DNA of 64,000 nucleotides from Octopus vulgaris (lineage: Eukaryota), in the NCBI GenBank assembly GCA_951406725.2, contig OX597826.1, positions 35,216,001 through 35,280,000 of the forward strand, given 5' to 3'. A model generated the notes under the pieces. It was not told the origin of the DNA. It was given only the letters and a program-made list of their open reading frames with translations, and searched no databases. Positions 39,508 to 53,650 of the stretch are shown here, piece by piece (position 1 is the stretch's first letter; every line of letters starts with the position of its first letter). A program made the position numbers and the translations under genes.

Positions 39508-40924
39508 GATTGATTTGTTTATCTAGTGTAAAAAAACATTTGAAGCTGAATAACTTAGAAGTATAAAACTATGGTGGTTAGGGGGAGTAGGTATAAAATT
39601 TGTCATTTCAAATGAGTATGGCCAGCTGAAAATTTGAGAATATGAGAAATTGTACTTTATTATTAGATGCGCCTATTTTAGTTGTTTAGGAAGTATTTGT
39701 CGAAGTGGCAACATTCAGTGAAAATTTATGGTCATTGCAAGTAAACTAAAGTTATTTCAGTATGCGGCACGTCTAAATTGTTTAAGGCCCTTCACTTTAG
39801 AATGGCTTGCAGTACTTGGGGGTTTTGATCTTATTTTGAAATAATTAAGATGGATTTTCTATTTTTTTATAATTTAACTCTTCGTGCTTTCTATATCTCG
39901 GAAAGAAGTTGAATAGTGATATCGTTGTATAAATTACCTCACCGCCATGCCTATATATATATTTATATATATATATATATATATATATTCATCCGCTAAG
40001 GTTCTGTAGATTTGACCTCTGCTTCCAGCACTCTGCACAGGGACGCCCACACGCACAGTCACACGTACAAACATATCCATGCTCAAGCACCTGCTCTAAT
40101 ATATAATCCGTTAAATATTACAAAGCAGTTTAAAAGGATGTGCGCTTTTAATTTCTGTATATACAATTAACTCGAAAACTTGTTACGAGCGTTTCCATAT
40201 TAGTAGTATAGTTACAACAGGTTCGATTATATTATATTCTTTGCTGATGACTAAGTGGAAAATGGTCAGAAGCTTTAAGTAATATTGAACTTATCGCTTA
40301 ACAGAATATTATTCCTGGAATAGATAATGTTGCCACATATAACTTTGGATTCTTGATATGGGCAACGTAGGAGCTTATGTTATGTTATCTGTCACGCAAA
40401 CAGCTTTTTAGTGTTATATGTTCCATTATATCTTGTGTGTACGTATACATAATACATTCGCATGCGCCGCACACATATAATTCAAGGTTTCGTATATAGT
40501 GCAAGGTTTCGTAAAGCCGGTTATTGGATTCCATGGCGTATAAATCATCCAAGATCGCAACATTTTCCATAACGGGATGAGGCTTGTTGAAGGTTTTCAA
40601 GGCCAACAACACTGAAGTGACGGGACAACTCGATCACATCGAATCCAGTATTTGATTGGCTATTTTTTATGTTATTGACCTCGAAGTGATGAAGAGCATA
40701 ATTGATCATCTTGGCGGAATATGAATCCAGAATGTAAAGAGCTGGAAGAAACGACGCAGACACTTTGCCAAACGTACTAATGAATCTGACAGCGCATTGC
40801 CTTTCATATATGTACGCACACACAATATATACATTTATGTGTGTGCATAGGTATATGTCTGAGTGCATACATTTATGGATAGATATACACATCTATTTAT
40901 TAATATATGAATACATACATATAT

Positions 40925-41073
<149 letters not shown>

Positions 41074-41147
41074 AAACGGTAAGACAACAAAAGAAAGAAA
41101 GAAAGAGACCTCGATATTATGTAAATAGAGGAATTTATCTGTAAATG

Positions 41148-41360
41148 TAATATGTGACAATTATTCGGTAGCCATGATAAAACTCCGAGTTTCGGATGCC
41201 GAGGTGAAAATCCACACCACCATCTCTCTTCAGTTATCCGGCCTGATGGATAACTATATAACTGATGGCCGGATAACTGAAGAGATGGCGGCGTGGATTT
41301 CCACCTCGGCATCCGAAACTCGGAGTTTTATCATGCCTACCGAATAATTGTCACATATTA
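41148..41360. mobile_element. Hairpin MITE, about 95-bp arms, about 23-nt spacer
   Basis: TAATATGTGACAATTATTCGGTAG...CAGTTATCCGGCC pairs with GGCCGGATAACTG...CTACCGAATAATTGTCACATATTA. Confidence 0.85.
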
Positions 41361-43869
41361 TATATTTATATACGCCAATGGTATTGTCCCTTTGCTCTGC
41401 ATCTGTGTCTTCTGGTGAGGTGCCATTAGTTCCTAAGAAGTTAAAGTTGGTCTTCCATGCTCTCCACACCATGGAAGCCTATGCTAGCAAAACAGTCACG
41501 ATTCAGTTTGGACACAAATGGCGATGTTACCCGATAACGAGATGTCACTTACTATTCTTCATCTCAGACACCGTTGACTTAATAAATGCCAATTAAATAA
41601 GTTTTAAAATTTACAGTCATTATTAGCATACAATAATACACTTTTTTTTCAAAGGCTAAAATAATAGTTTAGTAAATATGAAGCTGTTTATACTATATAG
41701 AATAAACTCAGGAAAATTTACCGAAAAAACAAAAGTTCTGGGTTGTTGTTTTTTTTTCTTTTGCATCAATTACATGAAATTCGTTATATCGTTGTTACTT
41801 GTATTAGGAATGTCGAAGACGACAGGAAAATTTATTCAGATAATTTTCATTCTGAGCACAAAATGTGGAGTTTAAATTATGCAAAGTATTTATTTTAACT
41901 GTAATTGTTCAGATAACTTGTTTCTGTTTTATACAATATAATTAAAAATCAATTTGACGTAAATACACAAATACATTTACTAATACATAACTAAACTCAG
42001 GCATGTTTATATATATTTTTTGGAATGATAAAATTTTAATGTCATTTATTATTCATTCAAATTATAAATATATGCGTCATATTACCCTTATATTATTTCA
42101 AATTCGTATCACGTATTTAATAATTATATTTAATGAGCAGCGTTTGACAAAACGAATTGTGTTGCTACATTAGAAGTTATAGCGATAGATATATTATAAA
42201 TTTGAAACATAAGTATCTTGGAAGTTCGAGTAAATATTGATAAACTATTGGCTTAATTGGATAAGAGGTTTTCTGTCTTGTTACATAGCCTTAGGCGCGA
42301 ATGCTTAACAATTTGTGTTAAGTAAATACGTGGAAAGTGAAAATATTAATGCTTAACAGTTTGTATTAACAAATCACTTCAAAACTGGGAAATATATTGT
42401 ATATTATAAAACTATAAAAGTAAATTTTCAGAAACTTTATTTATAATTATGGCCTTTGATCTCATCATTAACCCGAGGGCCCAGTTTGAAGTCTTGCTTT
42501 AGCTTCCAGTTTCTTGTTACTTCAAAAGAGTTTATTATCTCAAGAATGCGCTATCGTTCACTATGTTGCCTTATGGACAGGTTTTCGTCTGTCAAATATT
42601 TTACTTGACTGGTCACCCATGCAAACTGTCTTCCATGCGGTGATAGAATTGTATACCATTTATGTTGTAAAGAAACCTCGACTTCACTTATAATTCGACT
42701 TTTTCCTCTCTACGAAATATTGAAGAGTGAAAGCTTAAATCCTATTTTACGCCATGCACTTCTGAATTAATATAATCTCAACGTTTATGATATATGATAA
42801 CATTCAGAAGAAAAGAATAATTGTTGGATATCTCCAGAGGTAATATGAAACACTTCTTTTCTTCTGATTTTAACTGTAGAATTTTCACTTATCTTTCCCA
42901 GTGTCTTGCAATTTGCTATGATCTTAATTCCTTTCGTCTTTATCTTACTACAATACAAGCCATACATCTTATTACTCTATGGCACATAAGTTTTGATCAT
43001 TTATCTATAACACATTGCTGGTACACAACCTATGCTCTATGCTTTCTCTGCATGAACTCCAATCTCTTTAGCACTCTATACTTGAACAGAATCGACAACT
43101 TACATTTCTCTGCGCAAAACTTTATTATTTTCCCGAGTCTCTCAGTTACCCCTACTACTCCCTAAATTTCACCAAATTCATCTCGCAGCAGTTGTACAAT
43201 TGCCTCATCCTCTGCAATCTATAAATCGTTCTTCAATTTTAGCTGAAGTCATCAGTTGCTTTCGTCGCATGCATGACACTGGCATATCTGGCAGAAAAGC
43301 TCATCATGTCCTATTTTGCTCTGCTCGACTCATTTAGTATATTCATTTACTCGTGTTCCTACAAAACTCTCTAATAAACCAAATGCCGCTAACAGTATTT
43401 GAAACTGAAACTTAATCATTTACCCAATACCTCAAGATTATTGCATAATATTTCTTCAATGCACAAGAACCCTCATCTCCAACCATTTAAACTCTCATGA
43501 AATCATACTACCTGGAACACAGCACAGTTTTGCCGACTCCTTCAACAGCAAATAATCTTATTACCACCAAACCATTCTGAGATCCCAACTGATACTTAAA
43601 ATCCATCGCCTAATTTGTTTCCTGTCGCATTTGTACGGAAGTATATGTTTAGGGGATATAGCCCCCCCCCCTCCCCCCCCAAAAAAAACAAGACCCATTT
43701 CTATCAAAACATTGTAAGAAGAAATATCTAAAAACATTGGTGAAGTTATTGGGAGGGACGAATCAGTGTAGCGACTAATAAATGATCTGGAGGAATATAT
43801 GATTTGGGTGTAAAACAGAGGAGAGCTGAGTATGCAGGATGAATATGCAGGCTGAGCGATGAGTATGTA

Positions 43870-44010
43870 GCAGTGGCTGAGTGGTAAGAAGCTTGCTTCC
43901 TAACCACATAGTTCTGGGTTCAGACTCTCTGCCTGGTACATCGGGCAAGTGGCCTCGAGCCGACCAAAGCCTTGCGAATGGATTTGGTAGAAATTGAAAA
44001 GAAGCCCGTC

Positions 44011-44049
<39 letters not shown>

Positions 44050-44114
44050 TGTGTGTGTGTGTGCTTGTCCCCTCCCCATCACTTAACAATGGATGCTGGT
44101 GAATTTACGTTCCC
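43870..44114 (+). mobile_element. SINE family 1, partial
   Basis: AGTGGCTGAGTGGTAAGAAGCTTGCTTCC head and internal (TA)n/(TG)n. Confidence 0.8.
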
Positions 44115-44187
44115 ATATATATATATATAACCCTACTTAGCAATTTTACAACGTAAAGGCAGAAATATGTACGACACTAAACTGAAC

Positions 44188-44637
44188 AAGGGTACTAATG
44201 AGCACTACTATTGCTAGAAATAAGTGTTAAAACAATTCAACAGCGACAAAAGTACTATCTGAATGAGCTGAGAAGGGAGACAAGCTCCCTGCGATCGCAT
44301 ATAAGGCCAGGTCATCGATGATTTCGCATTTTGAGGCTTAATGCAACTTAGCCACCCATATAATTTTCGCTTTTACCATTTTGGAAATCAGCATATGATC
44401 TCAACGGAAATCTTTTAAGCTGGCAAGGTGAGATGGCTCTAACTCTAGGCGCGCTGAGAGCCGGCAATGAGCGTTAAAGTGCGTTAAGCCTCAAAATGCG
44501 TAATTATCAGTGACCTGGCCTTATCTGTGACCGTAGGGAGATTGTCTCCCTTCTCAGCTCATTAAGATAGTGCTTTTGTAACTATTCAGTTGTTTTGACT
44601 CTTATTTCTAGCAGTACTGGTGCTAATTAGTGTCCTT
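44188..44637. mobile_element. MITE with long diverged inverted arms (about 160 bp) and about 125-bp spacer
   Basis: AATGAGCTGAGAAGGGAGACAA and ATAAGGCCAGGTCA...CGCATTTTGAGGCTTAA are mirrored by TTAAGCCTCAAAATGCG...TGACCTGGCCTTAT and TTGTCTCCCTTCTCAGCTCATT. Confidence 0.8.
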
Positions 44638-45812
44638 TCTTCAAATTCCGCTGTCAAGATATTGGGACAAATTGTCACTAAAATGGAAGACACTAGGTTA
44701 CTGCGTAGCTACATCGAATAGAAACCACCCACGTTTATAGCTAAACAATCGCCTTAACTACATACCCATAGATACCATTATTTTTTTCTTAATGTTTCTT
44801 TCTTTTTTTTTTTGCTTCTCAGTAAATATTGTAGTATAAGATGCAAGAAAAGACCGTGCCAATTTTTCAGTCTTTGAATGACGCTATTTCCTTGATGCCA
44901 TAAATGTCATTTATGCTATCTTTTTCTATTTTCTCCCTCCCTAAAACACAGACAGTACTTTTCATAAAAAGGAGAATCAATAATTTTCCTTCTCAATTTT
45001 TTCTTAATCTGTTTCTTGTGAGAGATCTGTCCTAGGGCCACCAATTTTGACAGGTTTCACTAAAATATCGATTTTGGTTTCCACATAACGTTTTATCTGC
45101 CATATTATGTCGACAATTGAATTCAAGATGATTTAAACGTGCTTTAGAATAAGCCGTACATCGTGTTAAAACAGTAATCAGGATAGATCAGAAGAAGTTG
45201 TAGTCTTCGAGATTAAATACCATGTTATTGAACTGAGATCAAATTTCACTGGGGCCATTTTGCTTCTCAATAAATCGATAAAATAACAAAATACCAAATA
45301 TTCATATCATTCAATTGACTGTAGAGGAAAACAAATTTCTGGATTTGATAATACGTCACTATTCTACAATAGAAACTATTTCGTCGGGTCATATTAGCTG
45401 TTATCTTCCTATATAGAAATTCTGTGATTCTTTTTATCGAGTATCGTATGTTCCTATCCAGGGTCAAAGGCAGAGTAGAATTAATAATCAAAATATGTAT
45501 TTCTTGATCATTAAAAAAGAACTTCTACAAATAAATTTAAATACTACAACTACATGTAGCAATAGTGGTGTTCTGAAGAGGTTTGCTCGCTGTGATCGTT
45601 TTAACTACGACCTTCAGAGTTTGACGAATGACATCTACTACAGCATCAACTTAACAAATCCATTTCGAGTGGAATTTCGTTGACGCAAGCGGTGCGATAG
45701 CCTTTATCGTATTCAAGCATGAGTACGTGAGTCAGTTCGCCGTTTTGGCGATCTAGATACACACACAACCACACTCATATATATAATGTATATATATATA
45801 TGTATGCATGTA

Positions 45813-45848
<36 letters not shown>

Positions 45849-46035
45849 GTGAGAATTTACAAAAACAAAACAAAAGACGAAGTTGTGTGTGTAAACAACA
45901 AACAGATGTATTAGTTTAACGCTCGAGAAGTGAGAAAGTCTTTAACGTTTCGAGCCTACGCTCTTCGACAGAAAGAAACACAGAAATAAACAGGGAGAGA
46001 AAATAAAAAAATTTTAGTATCTAGCGATCTATCAT
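45849..46035 (-). mobile_element. Solo Penelope-like pLTR fragment with hammerhead-like motif
   Basis: Reverse-complement similarity to 61900-62095; lies between (TA)n tracts; motif TCTTT-CTGTCGA-A-GAGC-GTAG-GCTC-GAAACGTT-AAAGA at 45939-45976. Confidence 0.75.
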
Positions 46036-46054
46036 ATATGTGTTTGTATACATG

Positions 46055-46105
<51 letters not shown>

Positions 46106-46910
46106 TATATACATATGTATATATGTGTGCAGTCTACTGTTCATTTGATATAAAATCAACAACTCCATCCAGTGAGAAATAACTATCATCTAATCTACGC
46201 AATTTAAAGAGTTGAGCTAATAATAGTATTATTTATTGAAGACGCGAGTCTAGACAGGTTTTCATAACACGCCTTTATCTCTAAGCAATCCCGGGTTCTG
46301 AGTACATTGCCCTTTCAAATTTACACATCATGATGCTGGTACAAGAAGAATCTTGAGAAAAAATAGCATGAAGGTAGATGCTATATATATATATATATAT
46401 ATATATACATGACCACTTTTTGCTCAATTTCCTTCTGTGCATTGCGCTCATAAAATACTAGTGAGCTCAAAACTAGGATAGAAGACCTTTACTCAAGATA
46501 CCACAGATTGGAGTCGATCCAGGATGCAAATAATTACTCAGAAAATTTCTTAAGAAGTCATCGATATCTAAAATTGAGACAATCCATCCGAGAAAGAAAA
46601 ATAAATTACTTCACATTAGAAGATATCCAAGCGATTTACAACCAGGTTGTAATTAGCATTGTGATATTGCAGCATGGCTGATGTTGGTGGAAAATACATG
46701 AATAAATTTGTAATGAGAAATATCCTAGCGTAATAATAAGCACGAGCCTCAAGCTTTACCCCCACCTCTACCACCTTCTACTCACCTTATTGAACCAACG
46801 CTATTAGAATACATATACATACATTAACACATACATACATATACAAAGTTTATAATAATATATGCACGTACTTATGGATGTGTTCATCACTGAATGTACA
46901 CACCTATGCA

Positions 46911-46953
<43 letters not shown>

Positions 46954-46986
46954 GAGTGTGTGTGTGTGTACGTGTGTGTATGTGTG

Positions 46987-47035
<49 letters not shown>

Positions 47036-47293
47036 TATATATATGTATGTATGTATGTATATATGCACACACACACATATACACTCACGTACATATGCAT
47101 GGATATATGTATAAAAATAAATACTTATAAGCATATACGTGATATATATATGTATGTATATATCCGTCTGCCTATCTGTATATCTATCTATGTATCACCT
47201 TTCTATCTATCTGTCTATCTTTCCTTTTCTTGCTTTCTTTCTATCTATCTGTCTGTCTGTCTATCTATCTTTCTATCTATCTATCTATCTATA

Positions 47294-47332
<39 letters not shown>

Positions 47333-47339
47333 ATGTCTA

Positions 47340-47390
<51 letters not shown>

Positions 47391-47794
47391 GTGGGGAAGA
47401 GAGAGAGAAAGAGCGAGAGAGTGAGGCTTGTATGCACAAGATTTCTTTTTTTTTTGTGGGTATATGTTATCCGAACGGGCAGCAGTGTTGCGCTATTAGT
47501 TTTAGAACAGTATCCACCGCGTAAACAAAAGAACAAAAGTTTTACTCTTCAGTTAGTACAATTTTCCATTTGAGAGAAGCGAAAAATAACAGTCAGAAAT
47601 GCCCAGAAGCGGCACTGTTTATTACATCATAATGTACTTTAAAGTGTAAGTATGGACACTAACAAATAGCTGAAACGTCACGAAGGCAAAGAAGAAATAA
47701 ATATGACGGCACAATGATGAAAAAGTGAATATTCTGTGTGTATTCCCTGTTTTCTTTGAATTATTCATTAATTAATCCTCTCCCCCACTGCAAA

Positions 47795-47960
47795 AAAAAA
47801 AAACGAAGAAAAAACACAGGAAAAAACAACGCGAAGGCGTGGTACATGCAAAGTATTTACAGATGCTCAGGGAAGGAAAAGAAGGTAGTTTTACGTTTCG
47901 AGCAAAGCGTTTTTTCAGAAACAGGAGACATAGGAAAGTCTAATAGAAAAGGAAGACAGA
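47795..47960 (-). mobile_element. Penelope-like pLTR fragment with degenerate hammerhead
   Basis: GTTT-CTGAAAA...GCTC-GAAACGTA-AAAC at 47888-47922; the terminus resembles 54085-54140. Confidence 0.55.
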
Positions 47961-48953
47961 ACGCAGTTACCCTCAAAACACAATCTAATCTCTTGAGTAA
48001 AGAAAAGTTATATCGGATCTCGCAGTCCAACGTGCATGGAACAGAAATACCGAGATCATGAGGGATCGGGGGCACTTAATAGACCTCTGACCCTGGCTAA
48101 TGAACACCAACAACTGCAAGAGTAATTCGAACACGCCAGTGATAATTCCACAATAATGCTGATAATTACAACAGGAAAAAGAAAAGCCATATCAGTTATT
48201 GGGCCTATTTACAGTTTTGCAGACACAGACATTAACCAATATCTTGGCAGCTGAAAAAGAACTTGAAGTTGCAGTGGTAGATGAATAATCACTTACGCAT
48301 CGACCATCTGAAAAATATAGATATTTCATATTATATATTCCTGTGGTTAATGATCAGAAAGTGTGTGCATATACGAACGAATATGTGATTTGAAATATCT
48401 ATCCGTAAACATAGGTGTATGGATATATATATAAATGCATTTGTGTGTGTATAACTTACCTGCGTATATGTATGATATTCATTACACTTGCAATAAATGC
48501 TTTATGATCATAATTCCCACTTTGCAAAATCTTTTTTTTTTTTCAATCATTAGCCAATTTATATCACAATGAACAGAAATAGGAGATTGTTATGCCTCTG
48601 TGAATAAGTAGATTCACAAAGCTCAAAGAAGCAGAAAATTAATGAATTCTTTAATTTAAAGACCTTTCACATTTAAAACTAAGAATCTAACTTTTGTTTT
48701 GTCTATTCTTGTTTTTATTTTATGATTCCTGTGTAGATATATATTTTGATTTCTCTCTGTTTCCAGCTATCAAGAAAGTAATACTCTCTCTCTCTCTCCC
48801 TCTCTCTCTCTCTCTCACAATTTCTCTCTCAAGATACACCCCCACATACTCACACGTATATATATATATATATATATATATAATAAAGATAGAAAGAGAA
48901 AGAGAGAGGTTCATATAGATAAAAACATACAAATAGATATACAAATGTAATTA

Positions 48954-48991
<38 letters not shown>

Positions 48992-49549
48992 CATACATGA
49001 TACATATATATTTATGTATGTGTGTATGTATAAATATAAAAACATATAATAAATACATGCACACATTTATATAGACACATACATACGCTTACGCACGCAA
49101 ATACATGCATACATAATTTATTTTCCGCATAAGTTGGCGGAAGGATTCATTTTACCAAAATATCATCAAATTAATTCATCCTTCAAGAGTTATGATCATT
49201 AATCGTACAATAAATCTTCCATAGCCGTTGGACATCTTGGCAGTTGTTTTAATTAGCAGACTTATTAGAAATAATTCTGTAATAGCCAAAAATTGATTCT
49301 CCTTCACTATATAAACTCTTAAAAGGTGCTTTCCTACCCCCTCCTGTGAGCCCTCATTGAAAATTATAATTAAAAGTTTTGAAGTAGCAACGTATAAAAC
49401 TGGGCAGTATTTTGGAAAAAAAGAATTTGCTTTTTTAATGGAAGATATATATTACACTAAATGTTTGGCACCGGTTTCAAATCTGAGCTTATAGTGTATG
49501 TATCAAAACAAGCTTTCATAACTGCATTTTTAGTTTTTAGTAATAACTG

Positions 49550-49862
49550 AAACTCCGTCGGTTACAACAATGAGTATTCCAGGTAATCTAATCAACGAAA
49601 CAGCCTTCTCGTGGAGTTAAGGTATTAGTGGTTGAGCATTCCAAAGACAGGCATACCATTAACGTAGTTCCCAGGGAGATTCAACGTGACACAGAATGTG
49701 ACAAGTCCGGCTTTTTAAATGCAGGTGCTGCTTATTTTAGCCAACTAAATGAACTGAAGCTATGCAAAAGCAAGTGTCTTGCTCAAGGACACAACACACC
49801 GCTGGGAATCGAACTCAGACCCTTACGATCATGAACCGAACACTCTAACAATTAAGCCACTC
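49550..49862 (-). mobile_element. SINE (H1 + T1)
   Basis: ACTCCGTCGGTTAC...AACGTAGTTC...GTGACACAGA...GTCTTGCTCAAGGACACAAC...GGAATCGAACTC. Confidence 0.8.
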
Positions 49863-50533
49863 GCCATCGCGATAGAAGTAAAAGAAATTCACTTAGTAAA
49901 GGAGAATGTGCAGTTTTATAGCTTCTATCGAAAATTGCTACTCGATTTTATTTTCAATTTGCTATGCGATTAACAAACATCGTGCAAGTTAAGAATGGCA
50001 TCATCGATAGCGAGGAACTGCAGCAGATATACTTGAATAAGTCGATAAAAATTAAAGATGTTCCTAAAGTTGTCGAGAAACTTTCTTTTCAATGTTATTT
50101 ACGTCTCTCATTGTATTTGGAAAGAGATAATCTTAGATATGAGAAAAGTACTACATCGTTACTTACACCTGAGCTTCGTAAGAGGACTAGTAATTGTTCA
50201 GAAGTAGTGTTGATATATTATTTTTTTTTTGTCAAGTTGAACGTGAGCTTTTCTGATGTAGTTTTGAACATGAAGGATATGGAAGTCTGCTAGGAGCATT
50301 CTCATTAATAGCGAAACCTACCATATACAATGAACTTGAAGAATTTATTCCCTTGCTATTCCTATTTATGGAAAATCGAGATAATACTTCCTGGATATAC
50401 TTACTGATTTTTGATTTTTGAGCTACTGGAAAGGTCAAGTTTACCAAAATCTACCTCAATGGAGATTGTTTTACAGCTACCTTCTAAAACGTGAGTGCTG
50501 GAATAGCTGTAAGAAGACGAAGAGGTAGGGATA

Positions 50534-50569
<36 letters not shown>

Positions 50570-50599
50570 TGTATGTATGTATGTATGTATAAATGGTAA

Positions 50600-50890
50600 A
50601 GACCCCTTTCGGTCAAGGATGACCATGGGATTGCTTCTAGACAGTTCCCCTCCGAGGCACAAGTCCAGGAAAGGTTGTTTATGGAAAACCAGGCATACCA
50701 GCTTCCCCTTTCTACGCCATCGATGTTATCCAAGGAAAACGGGGCTAATACAGTTTGGCACCAGTAAAGTCACAACTCATTTCTACAGCTCAGTGAAATA
50801 GAGCAACGTGAAATAAAGTGACCGGGAATCGAACTCACTACCTCATGATTGTGACCCCGACGCTCTAACACTGAGCTATGCGCCTTCACA
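50600..50890 (-). mobile_element. SINE (H1 + T2) with internal deletion
   Basis: Colinear with 7136-7469. Confidence 0.85.
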
Positions 50891-51151
50891 CACACACACA
50901 CACACACGCACACACACACACACACACAATTGAAGCGATTGCACAGATGTCCGAGTTTGTCGGTAAATAGCACTGTGGTATGAAAGATAGAATCCAGGTA
51001 GAATAATATCTCTGATGATTAAAATTTTTGGTTGGTGTTGAAGCCATTCCATTTCATTGTCACCGTTAATGCAGCAGGTTATGGCATTAATATACCAACT
51101 CGTTATTTCATTCTTTCTCCATGTGCCTAGCATCAAGTGATTAGTGTATAA

Positions 51152-51374
51152 GTAATTTCTTTACTACCCACAATGGGCTAGACACAGAGGGGACAAACAA
51201 GGACAGACAAACGGATTAAGTCGATTACATCGACCCCAGTGCGTAACTGTTACTTAATTTATCGACCCCGAAAGGATGAAAGGCAAAGTCGACCTCGGCG
51301 GAATTTGAACTCAGAACGTAGTGGCAGACGAAATACCGCTAAGCATCTCGCCAGGCGTGCTAACGATTCTGCCA
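51152..51374 (-). mobile_element. SINE family 2
   Basis: Close match to 2022-2253; source of the repeated pseudo-ORF YLIYRPRKDERQSRPRRNLNS. Confidence 0.9.
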
Positions 51375-51829
51375 TAAATATAGCAGAAGAGAACAAGTGT
51401 TTTATAGCTATTTTCCCTTTCAAAGCTGAGATTAGCCTTGTGGAGGAATGACTGCAATATTCACCAGGGTTCCATTTTCGAGGCAATGTTTTAATAGCTA
51501 AATGACCTTCCTGACCCCAACCACTTTCTTTGTATCTTTTAAAACCAGGATATGATAGAAAGTAAAAGATTGTTTCTAATAGAAGTTCTTTCTGTTGGCA
51601 AAACTTATTGAAACTTGCTTTACTTGGAGAGAAGCTAAACAAGTATTAAATATCGGAATCTTGATTCTAGAGATAACAGGTATTAATTAAAATGACACTT
51701 TTGTTGTAGATTTATATATTTAAATTTTTAGAATGTAAAAAGGTGACGGCGACTTCGAAGTTTCGCCGAAACTGCTTTAACGAAATGTATTGGAAAAACA
51801 GTGATAAGTCATATAAATAAGTTTGAGAG

Positions 51830-52290
51830 GCGGTCAGACAACCTTGAGAGGAATTTTTTCAGTGCAGCGGCAGATTCAGTCCTTCTGCACAGAGCAACAG
51901 CCTGGAAGCTCACCATAAAACTGGAATTCAAGCTAGAAGGAACTTACACTCAAATTTTAAGTGTAGTCTTGAACATAACTTGGAGAACACACTCTTCCGA
52001 GAAACAGCACTATGAAGAGTTGCCTGTTTTAACCATTATTAGCGAAAGGCGTTTGCACTTTAAGGGATTTTGTTGGCGAGTTAAATAAGAGTTGTCAAGT
52101 GATCTACTACCATGGATGCCAAAGCATGGCCGTTCTCGAGCAGATCGTCGGAATACAATGGATGTCGATCAACTCAGTGGAGACATTGGCTGCCTTCTCG
52201 AATACCTCCCTCAATTAATACGGGAACTGGATAGTTAGCGTGTGCGGATTATAAAATATCCGGGCAAACTGGAGCAGATGGTGGTGAAAA
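51830..52290 (+). pseudogene. RTE/RTE-X LINE reverse transcriptase C-terminal remnant
   Basis: NLERNFFSAAADSVLLHRATAWKLTIKLEFKLEGTYTQILSVVLNITWRTH...ERRLHFKGFCWRVK*ELSSDLLPWMPKHGRSRADR...DQL matches the RTE pattern ESVLLYG..TWTLT...LDG.YTRMLR..LNI.W...RRLRFAGHCWR. Confidence 0.85.
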
Positions 52291-52449
52291 TGAAGAGGCG
52301 GAGGAACAAATATTTGTCAGTCGTAGAGTATAGTAATCTAGATTGATGAGTTATTTCAGCAATTGCTTGAGTGTATATATAAGAATGTTTAATGTAGCGC
52401 TGATATATGGATTAAATTGACGATTAAGAAACATATGTAAAATTAAATC

Positions 52450-53138
52450 GCTAAAATCTGAAATTTTAACAAGGAATTATTTGTAGGAAACAAACATTAT
52501 TATATAATGTATAACAAATAATGGTTTACGATAAAAACTAAGGACATAAATACGTCTAAACATCGCTATTTCTTTGTAAAAAATCGATATTCTATCTTAC
52601 ACAAATATTTAATTGAAATAAGATGAATTATCGATAGAAAAGATAAGCGTAGTAAAAATTTATATCGCTATTAAAAGAGATGTTTGTTCCATTATATTTT
52701 ACATAATGTGAAAATAACAACAATAAAACATTAAAGTGTTTAAATTCTAAACGAAGGGAGATAAATACTGTGAAAATATATAGGTTATTCCGTTAATATG
52801 AAAAACAATTGCATTAAAATATTAAAAATATTTAAAATTGGAAAAGTTATAAATATGTAAACAACGTCAACAATTTTCAAATTAAAAATATTAAAGTAGA
52901 CCAAATACAAGTGAATTTTTTGTAACAATTAAGTGTGAAATAAATTTATTAAACAGGACGATTTAAGGAGTATCGGAAAATGTTATTTAAAAATTTAACG
53001 TATATTATTTACGAATATGAAGAATGGAGAAAAAATATTCAAAGCAAAATACTGATCAAAAAAAAGCTAGCGGTAGGAAATATGCTAATGACATTTTTAT
53101 GGTCGTGTATCGGAAATCCTGAGATGGAATAATATAAT

Positions 53139-53174
<36 letters not shown>

Positions 53175-53650
53175 CACGCACACACACACACATGCGTGTG
53201 AATCTTAATGTATGTATGTGTATGATTGATTATAACAAAGAAAATATATCAAATTATACAGGTAAAATTATGTTTATCAGATTGGTGGTATGACTACAAA
53301 TGCGATATCTAAAATAAAAAGCCTGTCTTTATACAAACTGACAAAATAAAGACAGCTTTGGAACAAATATTGCAAGCTAGTATGGTATATTTGGGGAAAT
53401 AATGAGAAAATAGACTTGCTTTAATTATACAAAATACTTTGAAATGTATAGACATGCGTATTTGATTGAGAATATAATTGTATATAAACGAAGCTGGATT
53501 AAAATTAATTACTTATTCACATGAAAGGCTTCCAAGAAAAGTTGAATTTACATAAAATATTTGTAAATCTTAAAATAGAAAAATTGTCAGGGGGAATTAA
53601 TTTGAGAAAACAGCAAGAATAATTTAAAAATAGCAAAACTAATTACGATT
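52450..53650 (+). pseudogene. Highly decayed Penelope-like ORF remnant (putative)
   Basis: A-skewed region. NTVKI/GYSVNMKNNCIKIL near 52765-52830 resembles the PLE motif NTVKVSYSCMPNM...KIL, with Cys-containing C-terminal fragments near 53480-53580. Boundaries are approximate. Confidence 0.4.
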
